Notes under the pieces: model-generated
The model's database searches: none
What the model saw: the letters and a program-made list of their open reading frames with translations, nothing else
Told to the model about the DNA's origin: nothing
Shown here: piece after piece, positions 22,783 through 36,000 of the stretch
Layout: every line of letters begins with the position of its first letter
Position numbering within the stretch: the stretch's first letter is position 1
Made by a program: the position numbers and the translations under genes
Origin: Dicyema japonicum
Lineage: Eukaryota > Animalia > Dicyemida
Direction: 5' to 3'
DNA: 64,000 bases
Assembly (NCBI GenBank): GCA_011109175.1
Contig: RDEW01000037.1
Location: 518,842 to 582,841, forward strand

Positions 22783-23431
22783 TATAAAAAAAATCAGTAA
22801 ATTTATTATTAAGAACAGTCTTAGCTTATAATTGATTATTTGTCTTATAGTAGTATGATTTCCAATTGTCCATTAACTGTCATTAATAATATAGGATACA
22901 TTGTTTGTCCGTCATTTGTAATGCATCAAAGCATTCTATCATATCATCCATTGGCCCATTATTATTTAATTTAATAATTAATTTTTTATAAAAACAATTT
23001 ATTACGTAACAAGACAATCAAAATAATCCAGTTGATAGATGGAATGGCTGTTTCTCCTGACAGCTGCCAGAGAAATCCTTTGGAACCGCTTTGCTTTTCG
23101 ATTTACACACCGCTATCTACTTGGTCTAGAATTTTTTTCCTGTTCTTTTCCTTTTTTTATTCCTAATCTGTAGTCTCCCTTGATATGTCTGAGAACAAAG
23201 TTAGGTTTGATTCTCTGCTTGTCGAACTGGATATTACGCTGTCAATTAGACTGCTTATTCGAGCGGAAAAACAAGAACATAAGTTAATGAGATATAAGGA
23301 TCGAAGCAATATGGATATTCGAGATGTTTCTAGACCCAAAGCCTCCTCGAGGATTTCCTTACCTCAACGAGATTGCGTTTTCAATATTTCTGAGAACACC
23401 TAGGCTGAGAGGCCCGGTACATTATTATTAT

Positions 23432-23560
23432 TACCCCCAGGATCACTGGGTCAAAGAGAAAGAAATAAAAATTATCATCTAACTAAGTGATCCCAGAGCG
23501 ACAAAGAAAAGGACAAGTCCGACGAGGTATAGAATCCACATTCGAAGTTTTTAATGCAAT
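23432..23560 (-). mobile_element. Jockey/I-like LINE 3' end
   Basis: Minus strand GGGATCACTTAGTTAGATG...GACCCAGTGATCCTGGGGGTAATAATAATAA is nearly identical to 48950-49017. Confidence 0.85.
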
Positions 23561-23669
23561 TGGGTAATTGAGACTGATATTCTTCAGTTTATTAGGCAAA
23601 CATTACAGGAGATGTAAATTCTCATGTGGCTAGTTACGACCTGTGCTGATTTTAATTACGACAGATCGG

Positions 23670-26600
23670 TTATTTTTTATTATTTAAAAGCACTACCGAG
23701 CAGTCATAAAATTTATCAAGCCTCCCTTGTGCCGTATTTCTAGCCATCCTCTCTATCAGCCTTTTCCAGGACCCTCTACTTCGTGCCAGTTCCCTTAAGG
23801 TATCTAGGTCGTCTGCGGAAGTGAGCTTCAGTCCCACAGCCGACAGGTCTCCATTCAAAATAGTTGGGAGTGTGACTCTTGGTCTTCCACGGAAACCGGC
23901 TCCCGTATGCATTAGGTAGTTTTCCATGGCGATATTCGCGGGTACTTGAGCATTTAGACGTAAGATATGTCCAAAGAGACTCCATCTTGATCTGAAGATC
24001 TCCTCGGATAGTATACCAGATTTGCACTTCGAGTAGAGGTCATTGTTTGAGATCTTCTTAGGCCACTTGATCTTGATTACTGATTTCAATTGTGTCCTGT
24101 GGAAAGCGTCAAGACGGTCCATCTCTTGTTTAGAGATTCCCCAAGTGCCTGAATTGTAGGTCAGGACGGGGATGACAAAAGCCTTATATATTCTGAGTTT
24201 GGTGTTTAATCCCATCCTCTTCTTATGACCCCACATATTCGATACTTTCTTTAGTGCACACATTGCGAGGATTTTCCTCCGAGAAACATCTTCTGAGTCC
24301 CCGAGAAGCGAACCCACCTTCTTTTGCTTTCTCCAAGACTCGTCCGATCTTCGATCATTGCGTGTAAGTGTTGTGAACTCTGTTTTATCGGTGTTAACGG
24401 TTAAGAACCATTTCGAGAATACGTGTGGAAGAACGTTAAGCATGTGTTGAAGTACTTGAATATCCTCAGAAACAAAGTCCAGGTCGTCCGCGTAGATTAT
24501 CTCGTTATAATTGTTGCCAACCAGGGGTCTGAACTCTCTTAGTGCGGCCTCAAGGTAGACAATAAAGAGGACCGGGGATAGTGAGTCCCCCTGTGGAACT
24601 CCACGTGAGGTCGAAAAAAAGTTAGAGGTAGAGTCACCAATTTTGACGGCAAGTTGAGTGTTCCGCATGAGTAAGTGTATTATTTTGACATCGTCAGGCA
24701 GTAGAAAACTCTCCAACACTTCCATAAGTTTTCCACGGTCCACCGAGTCGAACGCACGGGACATGTCGATACCAAGTATCTCAATAGATTTTTTGTATTT
24801 TTGGCACAGGGCACAATACCACCTGTGCCCCCATACCACGTCAGCCGTGGACCTGCCCGTCCGGAATCCACTTTGGCCGTCCGAAAGAAATATGTTCACC
24901 CTCTCCTTTATTCGGTTTAAAGCAATGAGGGATAATGTTTTTCGTATGGAGGTTAGGAGTATAATAGGTCTGAAGTTGTGAGGGGGCCTTTACTTTTTCC
25001 CGGTTTTTGTAGTGGAATTAGCCACCCTTTTCCCAGTTCCAGTTCATCTGCACCCTCGAGAGACCGGTTGAAAATGTTAGTAATCATTTCAATTAGCTCC
25101 TCCGGGCCGTATTGTAAAAGTTCTGCAGTAATGAAGTCTGGTCCGGCAGATCTTCCGGTATTTAATTTTTTAATAGCTTGTTGAGTTTCGGATATGGTAA
25201 TAGGGCTAGTTAGAGTGTACTTGTAAGACTTCCGAGATTTCATTGCTTGGTCAGCCGCGTCCTGTTTGTTGAACATAAGGTCAAAATGGGATGCCAGAAC
25301 GTTTGCTTTGTTAATGGTCCCGATAACGTCGTGACCAAGGTTGTCATGGACAGTTAACGAAATTGGACAGTTTTCTCTGCTAAGAAGCCGGATTGCTTTG
25401 AACATTCTTGGTCCGTTCTTGTACTTTAATATGTCTGAGATTTTCTCCTCAGCTTCATTTTTGGCAAGGAATCTTTGTATTTGTTTGATCTTCGTTAAGA
25501 CTCTCCCTCTCTGGGTGCGCAGTACTTTGATATCTTCCGGAGCGTTTGTGTTTTCCATCCGGAGTCTGAGCTCTTTCTGTGTTACAGAGAGTTGTCCGAT
25601 ATCCGGATTACATTGTTTGTGACGAGATTTGGTGATGTGACCAAGCACACTAAAGGCTGTGTTTTGGATAGCAACCACTATTTCATCCCATAAGCTGTTT
25701 GTCGGCTGATTTTGGTTAATACTGTTGATGCTATCTCTCAGAACTGCACTATAACGACATTTGGTGGATTCTTCGTAGCGTAACCTCTCAGTGTCGAAAC
25801 GTACTGAGGTAAGGCCTTTGTGTTTCCCGTGTATTCCATGGATTCTTTTAAGTACTAGCCGGGCGACCACAAGTTTATGATCGCTACTTGTTTCAAGTCC
25901 ACCGTAAGATCTCGAGTCCTGTAGGAGGGCCTTCTGATGTTGCTTGCAGATAATATAGTCGATCTGATTGTATATATTGACTGTGTTTCCAGATTTGCCT
26001 TTTCTGGTACCAACCCACGTGGTCCTGTGTCTTGCCGGGTGCTTGAAACAAGTGTTGCATATGAGTAGGTTGAATGCCGTGCAAAATTGTATTAATGCCT
26101 CTCCGGGGATGTTACGGCGGTTTCTACCGTGGGATCCAATACACGTTTCACCAGGTCTTGCTTTTCCGGCCCTGGCGTTCCAGTCCCCGGCGATAAAAAG
26201 AAAGTAAGAGGATGAAAGTGAGTTGTACACACTTGTGAGAGTAGAGTAAAACGTATCCAGTTCTTCGATATTCGTTGATACACGTGCTCCGGTTGGGGCA
26301 TATACGTTTATGATGGAGATCACTGAGTTGAGTTTGTTTCCGCATTTGATTTGTAACACCGCGACACGGTCAGATACTGCCCATACTCTTGAGACACAGT
26401 GAAATAAGTGCCGATGAACAGCAAATCCGAGCCCATAGTGCCTGCAGTCTGGTGTGAGGGTCAAAAGGTAAAAATTCTGAAACAGTTCTGCAGATTGTTC
26501 GGTTATTTTCGTCTCTTGCAAACAACAGACAGAGATGTTGTATTTACTCAGATCACGCGCCAATTGTTGTTTCTTGCAGCACTGATTGAGGCCTCGGCAG

Positions 26601-26690
26601 TTGAGGGATCCAAGAGTGAGGGGAGAAACTGGTAAGCAATACGAAGAAGACATAGTGCAAGTAGAGGGACGTCACCACCTCAACCAAAAA
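23670..26690 (-). mobile_element. Near-intact RTE-type LINE, single APE-RT ORF of about 990 aa with one 1-nt frameshift near 24975
   Basis: ORFs 24953-26653 and 23670-24899 join if ACAACTTC is read as ACAAACTTC (GPLTNFRPIILL); full APE set; RT motifs DMSRAFDSV, GVPQGDSLSP and YADD; RWSLFGHILR and GRPR C-terminus; short 5' UTR. Confidence 0.93.
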
Positions 26691-27861
26691 AATTGCTGAA
26701 TACATTTTCTATTGGATTAAAAATGGTGAGTAAGGAGGTATATATGGAACATGAAAGTTTGCTATTTCATTCAATTCATTAATGTCCGTATAATGATGAA
26801 TACAGGCATTATCAAAATAAAGATCGGGTCTTCGATTCCCTCTTCTAACAAAAAATTTTTATCGGACATCATATGAGTTTTGATGTTATTTTATCCAAAA
26901 ATATATTTACCGGCAACCCAATGTTAATGACTAAAAAGTAACGATAATGATCAGGAAACCCTATAATAATTAAATTATTACTTATATAATTAACTAATAA
27001 CTTTATGACAAAATATCTTGAATAAGTGACATAAAATTTGCAATTTAAAATTTTACGTCTCTGTTTCCGGCGAGTAATTGTTCAAAGTAGATGGATTTCG
27101 TTTTTTAGAATCATAAAGTCAAAAATCCGGTAAATTATCAACATGCGGATTAATAAGAATTTTAAATTAGTAAAAAAAACAAACGACTAATTCAAGTGAT
27201 TTAACTGGCAGCTCTAATGATTGAACACCCATTTTCCCTTACTATTCGCAAGGAAATACGTTCATTGAATTAGTTATTTTTCTCTTATCTCCTTTTCTTT
27301 TTCGCAATAAGAGATGGATCGCAAGAAAGTCAGGGAACATATCCGATCAGCCCCCCGATGTTTCGACCGGCGAAGGGTTTGAAAACGAAAAGTCGTCTGA
27401 GACTTTCAAACTTCTTTCTTTTAAAGTTTTTGGCCTCTCTTAGGCGGATCCGGGGTGAGTTTCCGTCAGCGCTAGTTGGAAGTGGAGAAACCGTCCACTT
27501 AACTAGCATCCCGATCAAGATATTTCCCTCTTTCCAACTGAAAGTCTAATACTAAAGGCGGCTTTTTCCAGTAACTCCATTGATGCTTTCATGTCTTGAA
27601 CTCCTTCCCACGTTTCTGATTTCTCTAAAAGTCAAAAGGGGAAATAACTAAACGGTCTTTTTTCCTTCTAACTCTAATTTTTTGTTCGAATTAAAATTTT
27701 AAATTTAAAGAACAATTAATATTTAAATTAATTATTTTTTAAAATTTAAAATTCATCTTTTATAATTATTGTACAATTATGCTATCAGTTTAAAACGTTA
27801 ATTAAAAACCATCCCCAGTAAATCATATTTAAAACTGCTATCCATCCAAAGTGGACCTCGC

Positions 27862-29160
27862 CTACATTATCGACGTTGCGTTGCCTCTCACGACTGCAAC
27901 AGAAATCAACTGGAGTAGCCACCGGGTCTCACGTGCGTCGTGGCTTTTTAGTGTAGCTAAGCGTCCAAGTTTCTTTAGGAAGCGAAGCGATTTTCCACTT
28001 ATTCCTCCAGTTGTCTCGACAACTATCGGATAAAACGCGAATCGGTCGCGTAGCGCTTCGTATTTCTTCTCCTTTGCCATCATCGTTTTTTTCCGCGGAA
28101 TATAGTGTTTCTACCGCGCTCCCGACAATGTTGGACGGGCAAAGCGTGTTGACACAAGTAGCGTCCCAGACCAAAGGTTTCCCCTCTTCGAATGAGAAAA
28201 TTGTGATCCCGTCGGGACGTTTTCCGTCTCCTCTGTCCAGACCAACAGGTTCTAGTATGGCTGGGTATCTCGCAGACTCCAGGGCTCGCTTGACAATTCC
28301 GTTGATCGCCTTGTGTCTTGGGAATCGTTCTGCACTCCTTCGACAAGAGAGGGCATGGAGTCCATAACAATCGACGGTTGCGCCACATCGGCATTTATGA
28401 GTCCGGCTAATCTCCAGTCCAAGTCTGGTGGAGATGCCGATGCGGACAGTATCGTCGTCAAGGTGGGTCCCGACACTACCAACGTGGAGTACATTGATCC
28501 ATGCGCCACTCGATTCGCATCTTCCAGTGACTAGACAGACACGTCTGTGTTGGTTTGATTGGTTCATAAGCTTCTCATATTTATCCTCGCAGATGGTCCT
28601 GTAACTGTCTTTCTGCTGAGACATCATCCCCTTCAAATGCTCCACATCTGTGATTTCAGATGATTCTGTTTGGAGTAGGAGAATCATCCTGATCAGCAGT
28701 CGGCTGGAGCCCAAAGAAGATAGATACGCAGGAAAAGCCAGATCTTACGGTTAAGGAATTCTCAGTCAGTCCAGGCTAACGGGTAGGGTCGCTTGGTCCC
28801 ACCCTTGGTCGTCAAATTTCACATTTGTGATACGTTCAATAGTGGTCCGGAAGAGGGAATCGATAGCATTTTCAAGTAGCAGGGTGCCCCCCGAAGAACG
28901 TAGTTCAGTTTCTGTGCTGATAGGCGTTTCTCAGGAGAAATAGGGAGGTGTGTGCGTCCAGCATCTCCAGACGTCTGAATGTTGTTTTTAGTTTATGTTC
29001 TTTTGTTCTTAGAGTGTTACTGATTCCAGCATCAGTAAGAAGGCATCCAAGTATTTCCAGTTGTTCTGATTTGGTTTCTGTGGCTTTCGGAATGATCTCT
29101 CTGAACATACCAAGGATCAGATCCCATTCAAACTGTGGAAATCCAAAATTCTTCGTTCGC
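27862..29160 (-). mobile_element. 5'-truncated CRE-clade element (RT C-terminus, knuckle, RLE)
   Basis: CRCG..VDCYGLHALSC, RHKAIN, EPVGL.RGDGKRPDG, WDATC, VVETTG, AVVRGNA. Confidence 0.9.
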
Positions 29161-29429
29161 TATTTGTCGACATCCAGCGAAATAGTGAAGACTACTAACT
29201 TTATTACGTTATTTTTTTAATGTATTTTTAAGTTTAATTAAAATATACGCTATTTTAAATTACCAATACTGCATTAGTAGATTATTATCGACAGAACATA
29301 AAAAATATAGTTATATTTTTACAAAAGCGGTGTCCGAAACGATTTTATCAACCAAATCAGCATTTTTGTTTGTCTAAATTTTATTTACTTTTTATTTCAT
29401 CTAATAGCTTCTAAAAACTTTATTATATA

Positions 29430-29700
29430 GTAGCCAATTGGTTGAAAATTCCCCTTCCTTTCCTCTGATGGCGTCATGGGATCAACCTTACTCAGGATAC
29501 ACCCATTGACTGGGTGGCATTCAAAAGGATCCAACTATTCTTTCCATTTAGAGGTAATTTCGTCCCCTGGCGGTTACTGATCGAATTGATATAAGCTTCC
29601 GGACAATATCTTCTGGATTACTGTTCTTGGATGAAGGTGCTGCTGGACGACTCAGAATCAAGGAATTAGTTAGTTTGGTTTACCCTTGTTTTTTGGAATT
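29430..29700 (+). mobile_element. Diverged SINE-like family 2 copy (subtype B)
   Basis: CCAATTGGTT, pyrimidine tract, TGGCGTCATGGGATC...TTCAAAAGGATCC; homologous to the reverse complement of 42060-42330. Confidence 0.65.
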
Positions 29701-30669
29701 TTTCTTAATTTACTTATTTTTTAATTCAAGTTTATCTTTCTTTTTGAAATTCATTCTAAGTTTTTTTAGTAATGCTTTTTATTGAAATTTAATTTGAATA
29801 CTATTTTTTCGCTCTCTCAGAGAAAATATGTTTCACTACTTCATATATGCCGGGATTGGTTACAGTTTCCAACACTTGAATATGGTGGAGACTTTAATAT
29901 TTCAGTATTTCCAAAATCCTTGTAATTTGAATATATTCATTCACTTTGCTAGGATTTGCCATAAAGTGAATCTGTCCAAGTCTAAATAACATCCCCGTTA
30001 AATTCAGAAACAATCCCAACTATTTCAGAAAGATTCGAAGAGTACTATTTTGCCGTGGTGACCAACTACCCCGTCTTGTCACAACCACGTGAAATTTTAT
30101 CTTTAAAACACTATAAATGCATTTTAAATGATATAGATTAGCATAAAACAATTTAAATGAATTTCCGACTAAAAAATATATTGGGCAATCTGTAATCAAG
30201 AAGACAAATTTGTTGCGCTTGATCTCCAACTTCTCTATTTCATCCATTTCAACACATATTAAAGATGCTAGGGGCAGAATCAATACAATAAAATTCACAA
30301 ATAGGTCGTTTTTGTAAAGGCAATATTACCAGTAATCAAAAAATATATTGTCCGTCTACAATTATTCAGAAACCAATTCCAAGCTGCTGTTTAAATGGTA
30401 ATTGAAAATTTCCTCTTCAAATAGGCGTAGCAAGGAAGAGAAAAATAAATATGAAATATTTCTTTACGGTTTTAAGATGTGTATCAGCAATTTTTTTTAC
30501 AATCCAACAATTTGAATAAAAGTTGTCTACCAACTCTAATACTTCTTATAAAAATGAGCTTTCTGCGTTTGTGAACTTATGCAGATCAACCACAGAGAAT
30601 AATAAACACGTGTTGTCCTCGAATCCAGGCACAGCTTAAGCTGCCAAAGGATCGAATTTCAGAAACAAA

Positions 30670-30780
30670 TGCGCAGTGTAACAAGTGTCGGGCAAAAGGC
30701 CTGATGGCCCCTAGTTCAAATCTCGTGCTCTACTTCCGGTGACCGGTAAATTCACCGCTGGTTAATCAAGGGATCTCTTG
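30670..30780 (+). mobile_element. SINE family 1 tRNA-like head, truncated at the MITE
   Basis: GCGCAGTGTAAC...GGGCAAAAGGCCT...GTTCAAATCTCG aligns with the heads of the 21936 and 22466 copies. Confidence 0.6.
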
Positions 30781-30784
30781 GACA

Positions 30785-31250
30785 GGTTCTTAGATAAAAG
30801 AAATCGATTTTTTGATTTTTCATATAGTTAACATCAATTTTGGAGATTAATTCGACAATGGGAGTCATGCGTCCGTAATGGTAAGACGTGTGATGAAAAT
30901 GAAAAAGGGGGACATACTTCTCCACCTCTTATCAGAAGTGGAAGCCTGAATGAATTATTTGAGGATGATTTTGGTCGTCTCAAAGATGCGTTGCTAGCAA
31001 AAAACAAATAACAAAATTTGACTTTTATTGAATCAATAAAATAATCATTAATTTTTTAATCACTTGAACAAATAGACCAACCCACGTGGTCCAAATCGTT
31101 GATTAGAATCTAACACTTTTTTGAGAATTGAACTTTTTGATTTTCTTATATTTCGGGGATCTGCCCACGTGACTCATGTCGTACAATTAATCTCCAAAAT
31201 CACATTAATGATAATATCAAAAATCAAAATTTCGACATCTATCAAGAACC
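30785..31250. mobile_element. Probable MITE with about 85-bp imperfect terminal inverted repeats
   Basis: GGTTCTT.GATA...TTTTGATTTT...ATTTTGGAGATTAATT...GAGTCA at 30785-30870 is the inverse of 31165-31250; no ORF and no clear TSD. Confidence 0.65.
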
Positions 31251-32509
31251 CGCACACGTGGTCCCTTGACTTTACCTGCGATGAAATTACCTAGAAAAAA
31301 GTATTACAAAAAACAAAAAACAAATCAGTTGTTATGATCACGCATTAAGAGAGATCAAAGACCTCATTGCTTTGTTTCGACCCCATTCTGTTTCGATGAT
31401 ACGGCCACTATCGTGATAATTTTTTTTGCAAATACAATAAAATTTTAAAATTGTGATCAAAAAAATAGTATTAAAATATCACAATTTTGACTAAAAATGG
31501 ATTTTTATAAATAAGCTAAAAATTTGGAACCCAAATGGCAAAAAGTCCAAAATTTAAATAAATTTGAATGGTTGTCTGCTCTAAGAATAGTCATTGAGAT
31601 GGGTTCTTGAAGCTATTTCGTCTCGCGATGATTTTTGGTAACCTTTGGATCATTGATCCGGTTAGATGAACTACGTCTAATAAATTCAATTAACTTGAAT
31701 AAAACGTTTTTAAATATTTAAAAAAATCAATGAGTTAATTAGTTGTCCCGACATCATTAACATGTGGGAGACCGGTTCCCATCAAACGTCTATTTGATAG
31801 TGTTGGGCGCTCCCACATTCCCTTAATGAGAGTAGTGGTCCAGATCGGGGAACGGATTTGATTTATAATATCACAAAGCAAGTGACGGGAGTCAAATCTC
31901 AGATCCATTACAGAGAAAAGATTCTTAATTGACAAATAAATTTCAAACCTGTAACTCCATGTCAAGAGGATTCTACACTCTCTACCTGAATTCTCTATTG
32001 ACATGGACGCCGGCCATGCTCGTGAGGCCTGGAGCCGCTTTTCTGTTAAATTTAATTTTTTCAATAAAAATTTCAGAAATGTTCATTTTTTGAGAAAACT
32101 GCCTTGAACGGAATAGAAGGAATTCCATGGAATTGCCTCTTCCTAAACAAACTCTTTTGCCCCACGTCAGCTGTTATTACATGCGAAAATAAATAAACAA
32201 TTAAAAATAAAAACATTTATACTTTAATACATTTTTAGAATTGATTTAAAAATTTTAGTGATTCAGTTTGATTACTGAACATCATAAACAAAAAAAGTTA
32301 TATTTTCATATATTGGAACAAAAAGGGTACACTCCCAGAAATAATCCTGCATTTACTAACAAGCAAACTATTTGGTTGTGCCTGTTTTCTACAAGTGTCG
32401 GGAGTTTTCTCAACTAGTAGGTGACCGACATGAAAATTAAATGATAAGATCACCTAATTAGTTAATAGCTCTTTCGAGTATCCCTAAATGGGTTCTGTTT
32501 GAGCCACGC

Positions 32510-32940
32510 TTTACAATCATCCTCTTTGCCATCCTCGCCCACGACATCTTGTTTCTGGCCCTCATTCGAACATCATCCAGGTCGTCTACTGTCACCAATT
32601 TACGACTGATTGTATCGTAATCATCTTATAAGCAAATTGGAAGTGTATTTCTTGGTCTGCCTCGAAATCCGTGACTTTCGGAGCAGTAGAAGTATTCTTC
32701 CATTATTCTGTTACACGTCGTAGTCAGGTCAAGTTTAAGAATATGTCCAAATAGTTGCCATCTCGATAGAATAACGTCCATGCTAATGGTATAGATTTAC
32801 ATAGAGCATATAGTTTTTCGTTAGAGATTTTTCTAGGGAACAGAAAATTCCAGTCAGTATGCGCAGTTGGCTTCTGTGGAAAGTGTCTAGCCTCTCTAAA
32901 TCGTTTTTCGAGGTTCTCCATGTTCCGGAATTGTACATCA
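32510..32940 (-). mobile_element. RTE C-terminal fragment
   Basis: WQLFGHIFKL, GFRGRPRNTLP, homologous to the end of the 23670 ORF. Confidence 0.85.
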
Positions 32941-33049
32941 GTATTGGGTCACCTAATTAGCTTTGATTTTTCTTAGATATCAATAAAATAAATAATAAAA
33001 TAAAGTTAAGAAGTCATATAATCCACAAGGCAAATGCACAGTGCTGACA

Positions 33050-36000
33050 AATTTATGACAAAATCTTGGTTCTTTGCAATATCACCTTCGGAATAAGCCA
33101 AGACAAATACTCTGAAATATAAAAGTATTACAACACGTTGGAGTCCAAGGAGTTATCGATGATAAGTACCATCGCCATTTAAATAAGATTGTCTGGATTC
33201 AAGATAATCTAAAAATATAAAATTCATCAAACTTGTAATTCTGAAAAATACTTAAAGACGTCGAAAGACAGTTACTTCTTGCAAATTTTCGAATAAGGAA
33301 CTTGAAAAGTCTCTCCACGTGCACGACCCTAAAACTCATCTTTGGTAAATGCGCAATCACTCATTTACATAGAGTGGAAGTGAATACAACAAATGTTTCA
33401 CATTCCGGCGTAGTGGTCATCTACACTACCCCGCAAACCTACACTATCACAGAGTTTGTTCACGTAGGGTTATAGAAAACCATCTCCCACGTGGTTTTCT
33501 GATACCAGAGAAGCGCAAATTGCTGAATCGTCTTACAATATGAACTCCTACATTAGCACAAAATCAATACACGACGTATCAATTCCTTCGGTGGAACAAA
33601 GTCATCGAAGGATCGGGCTTTGGTAAAAGAGTCCATATTGATATCATCGAAAGTATAATCATAGGAAAGGCATAACTAAGGTTGATTTGGGAATAGGCAC
33701 GTGTATATATTGATCTATGATTTATACTTGAACTGCGACTGCTCACTAGTCTCAAGTCTTAAAATACAGAAAACAGAAGCACTCGATGTATCCGATAACG
33801 ACGAAGGGACCATGGACAAAGAGATCGTATAGATTTTGGGGACTTCATAAGAATCTCTAATGTTATTGCAACACCTGCCACAGTGAACTCGTCTAGCATT
33901 AAAATCATCAACTCACTGCAGTGAAACCCCATCTTTTCTGGTCACCTCTTCCAAAAAGTTGCTTAGCTCACATATCAGGAAATACGGATTAATAGAAGAC
34001 AATTCACAAAAGATCCAAGGCTTTCGGCAAATCGGTGTTTTTGACAAATCGACTGTTTTACAATCCTATGAGATAATTCCACTATATCTATTTGTCCATC
34101 AGCTCACAGCATTGATCTAATATTTATTAAGTGGGGGTACCATAGTAATCGACAAAGAACATGGAATCGTAAGAAACTATAAATAAACAAACGAGTCTGT
34201 TGTTATTGATGGTATATTCGAACATGATAAGGCAAGACACTCCAAATTGCATACAAAAAGATGGAATTCGTTTCATCACATACAGTTCGACTGCTTTCCG
34301 GTGACTCCTTACTAAGGAATGAGCATAAGATATAGCCTTACTCAAAAATATGGATCTTTTTCAGTCCAAACTGAAAAGATACTTCGAAATGTCCAGTTTG
34401 AGTCGACTGATAAAATATTTTAGTCCGGAAGGGTGGAAGTTAGAGTTGTGCTCTGAACTCACAATCTTGGAGTCGCTTTTTCTGGTAACCCAAATGATTT
34501 ACTGTTTATCTACGTGAGGACATGCAAACAACAATTTTCGAGGTTGACTGAGAATCCAGGGACGTGCGAGAACTGCTAGGGTTATCGAAACACATTTATG
34601 GGGATGAAGACATGATAATTTTAAGAGTTCTTGTTAATTCTGCAAACATCGTTATCGTCTTGTTTGCACCTGCAACGGTGCACTTTATCAGCACAACAAG
34701 AGATTTAAAGACTTCAATGATATGTACGGTACTTTCGTTGTATAGTTTGTGGCTTTAGCGGTGTTGACTGTAAATGCTATCAAAAATGTCAAATGCTCCG
34801 AAATGTAGCGGAATGTGTCGACACAAAGACAAAGACATCCTTGGCATATCTGGGAGTTATTCCTTGCGCTAAACTTATTTCTAACGAAAATTTTAGCCAA
34901 TCAACCACATCGTGAACTCTTCTGGGCAGGATGTAATCAATGTTGTGTTTACTACGGTCAGAGTCCAAATAAGTCTAATCCATCATTACATTATACATTG
35001 ATTTCTCACTATTGTTGGTAAGGACATTATAAGGGTCACAACCAGAAATCTCTCTCGAAAATGCAGAGGAGCGGAATTAATATTCTGAGAACTCCCGTCT
35101 ACAATGAGGTTAAGGATAACTAAATGAAGGAGCTTCACAAAAGAGAAAAAATTCGAAGATTGTGTCTAAAATACTGAGGATGATTACCTCTATCATTGCA
35201 GTCCACAAAGACGTCGTAAAACTTCTATTCAGTCATTTGCTTAAGATTTTTATATCATGAAATCCTCAGAGTATTTACTCGGGGATCTGCAGGTATCCTG
35301 ATCCAGCTTACATTGAAAATGGAGATCCTTAGTTTGCCCAAAATAGAAATACCTCTGAAATGCATGATTTTCCAAATAGGTGTAAAAGTAGTCGAGGTCG
35401 TTAGGGGGTGGAATTATAATTTGACCGATTCTGCGAGATCCACGGAAATCTTATAAATACCATGTTGAAAGCCTTTTTGAAGTATATTTGAAGAAATATT
35501 AGAGGATATATGAATAAAAATTTGACAGGATGTGGAGGATGCCAATATTGAAGCTTATTTTGGGGAGATTCAGACTTCGAATAAACTGGGATGAAGAATG
35601 CATAATTACAAATAAGTGATCTTTAAAGATTGAAGAATATAAATTGGTCAAATTCCATGTTGAGAAATTTAAAAAATTGAATATAAATTCTTTCCTGCCT
35701 AAATTCAAAATCAACGTGAATCCCTGTAATTTCATTTTGTAGAAGTTTACTATTAAATATTTCTCAATGATTTCCACATTCTGTTCGTAGTGAGTGTTCT
35801 TTACGGTGAAGAAATCAGGTTTCATTTCGTGAAAACACAAAGAAAATCTAAATGTCATGGAGAATAACTGTTTCACTGATAAGGAGCAATGTTCTTGAGT
35901 TCCTCGTATCCTGGCTTTAACTCACTCTGAGGGATACCTTTGTGTCCTTTGATGGAATCGAATACAAGAGCTCATTACAAAACCGTATTCTAGCCAGTAA

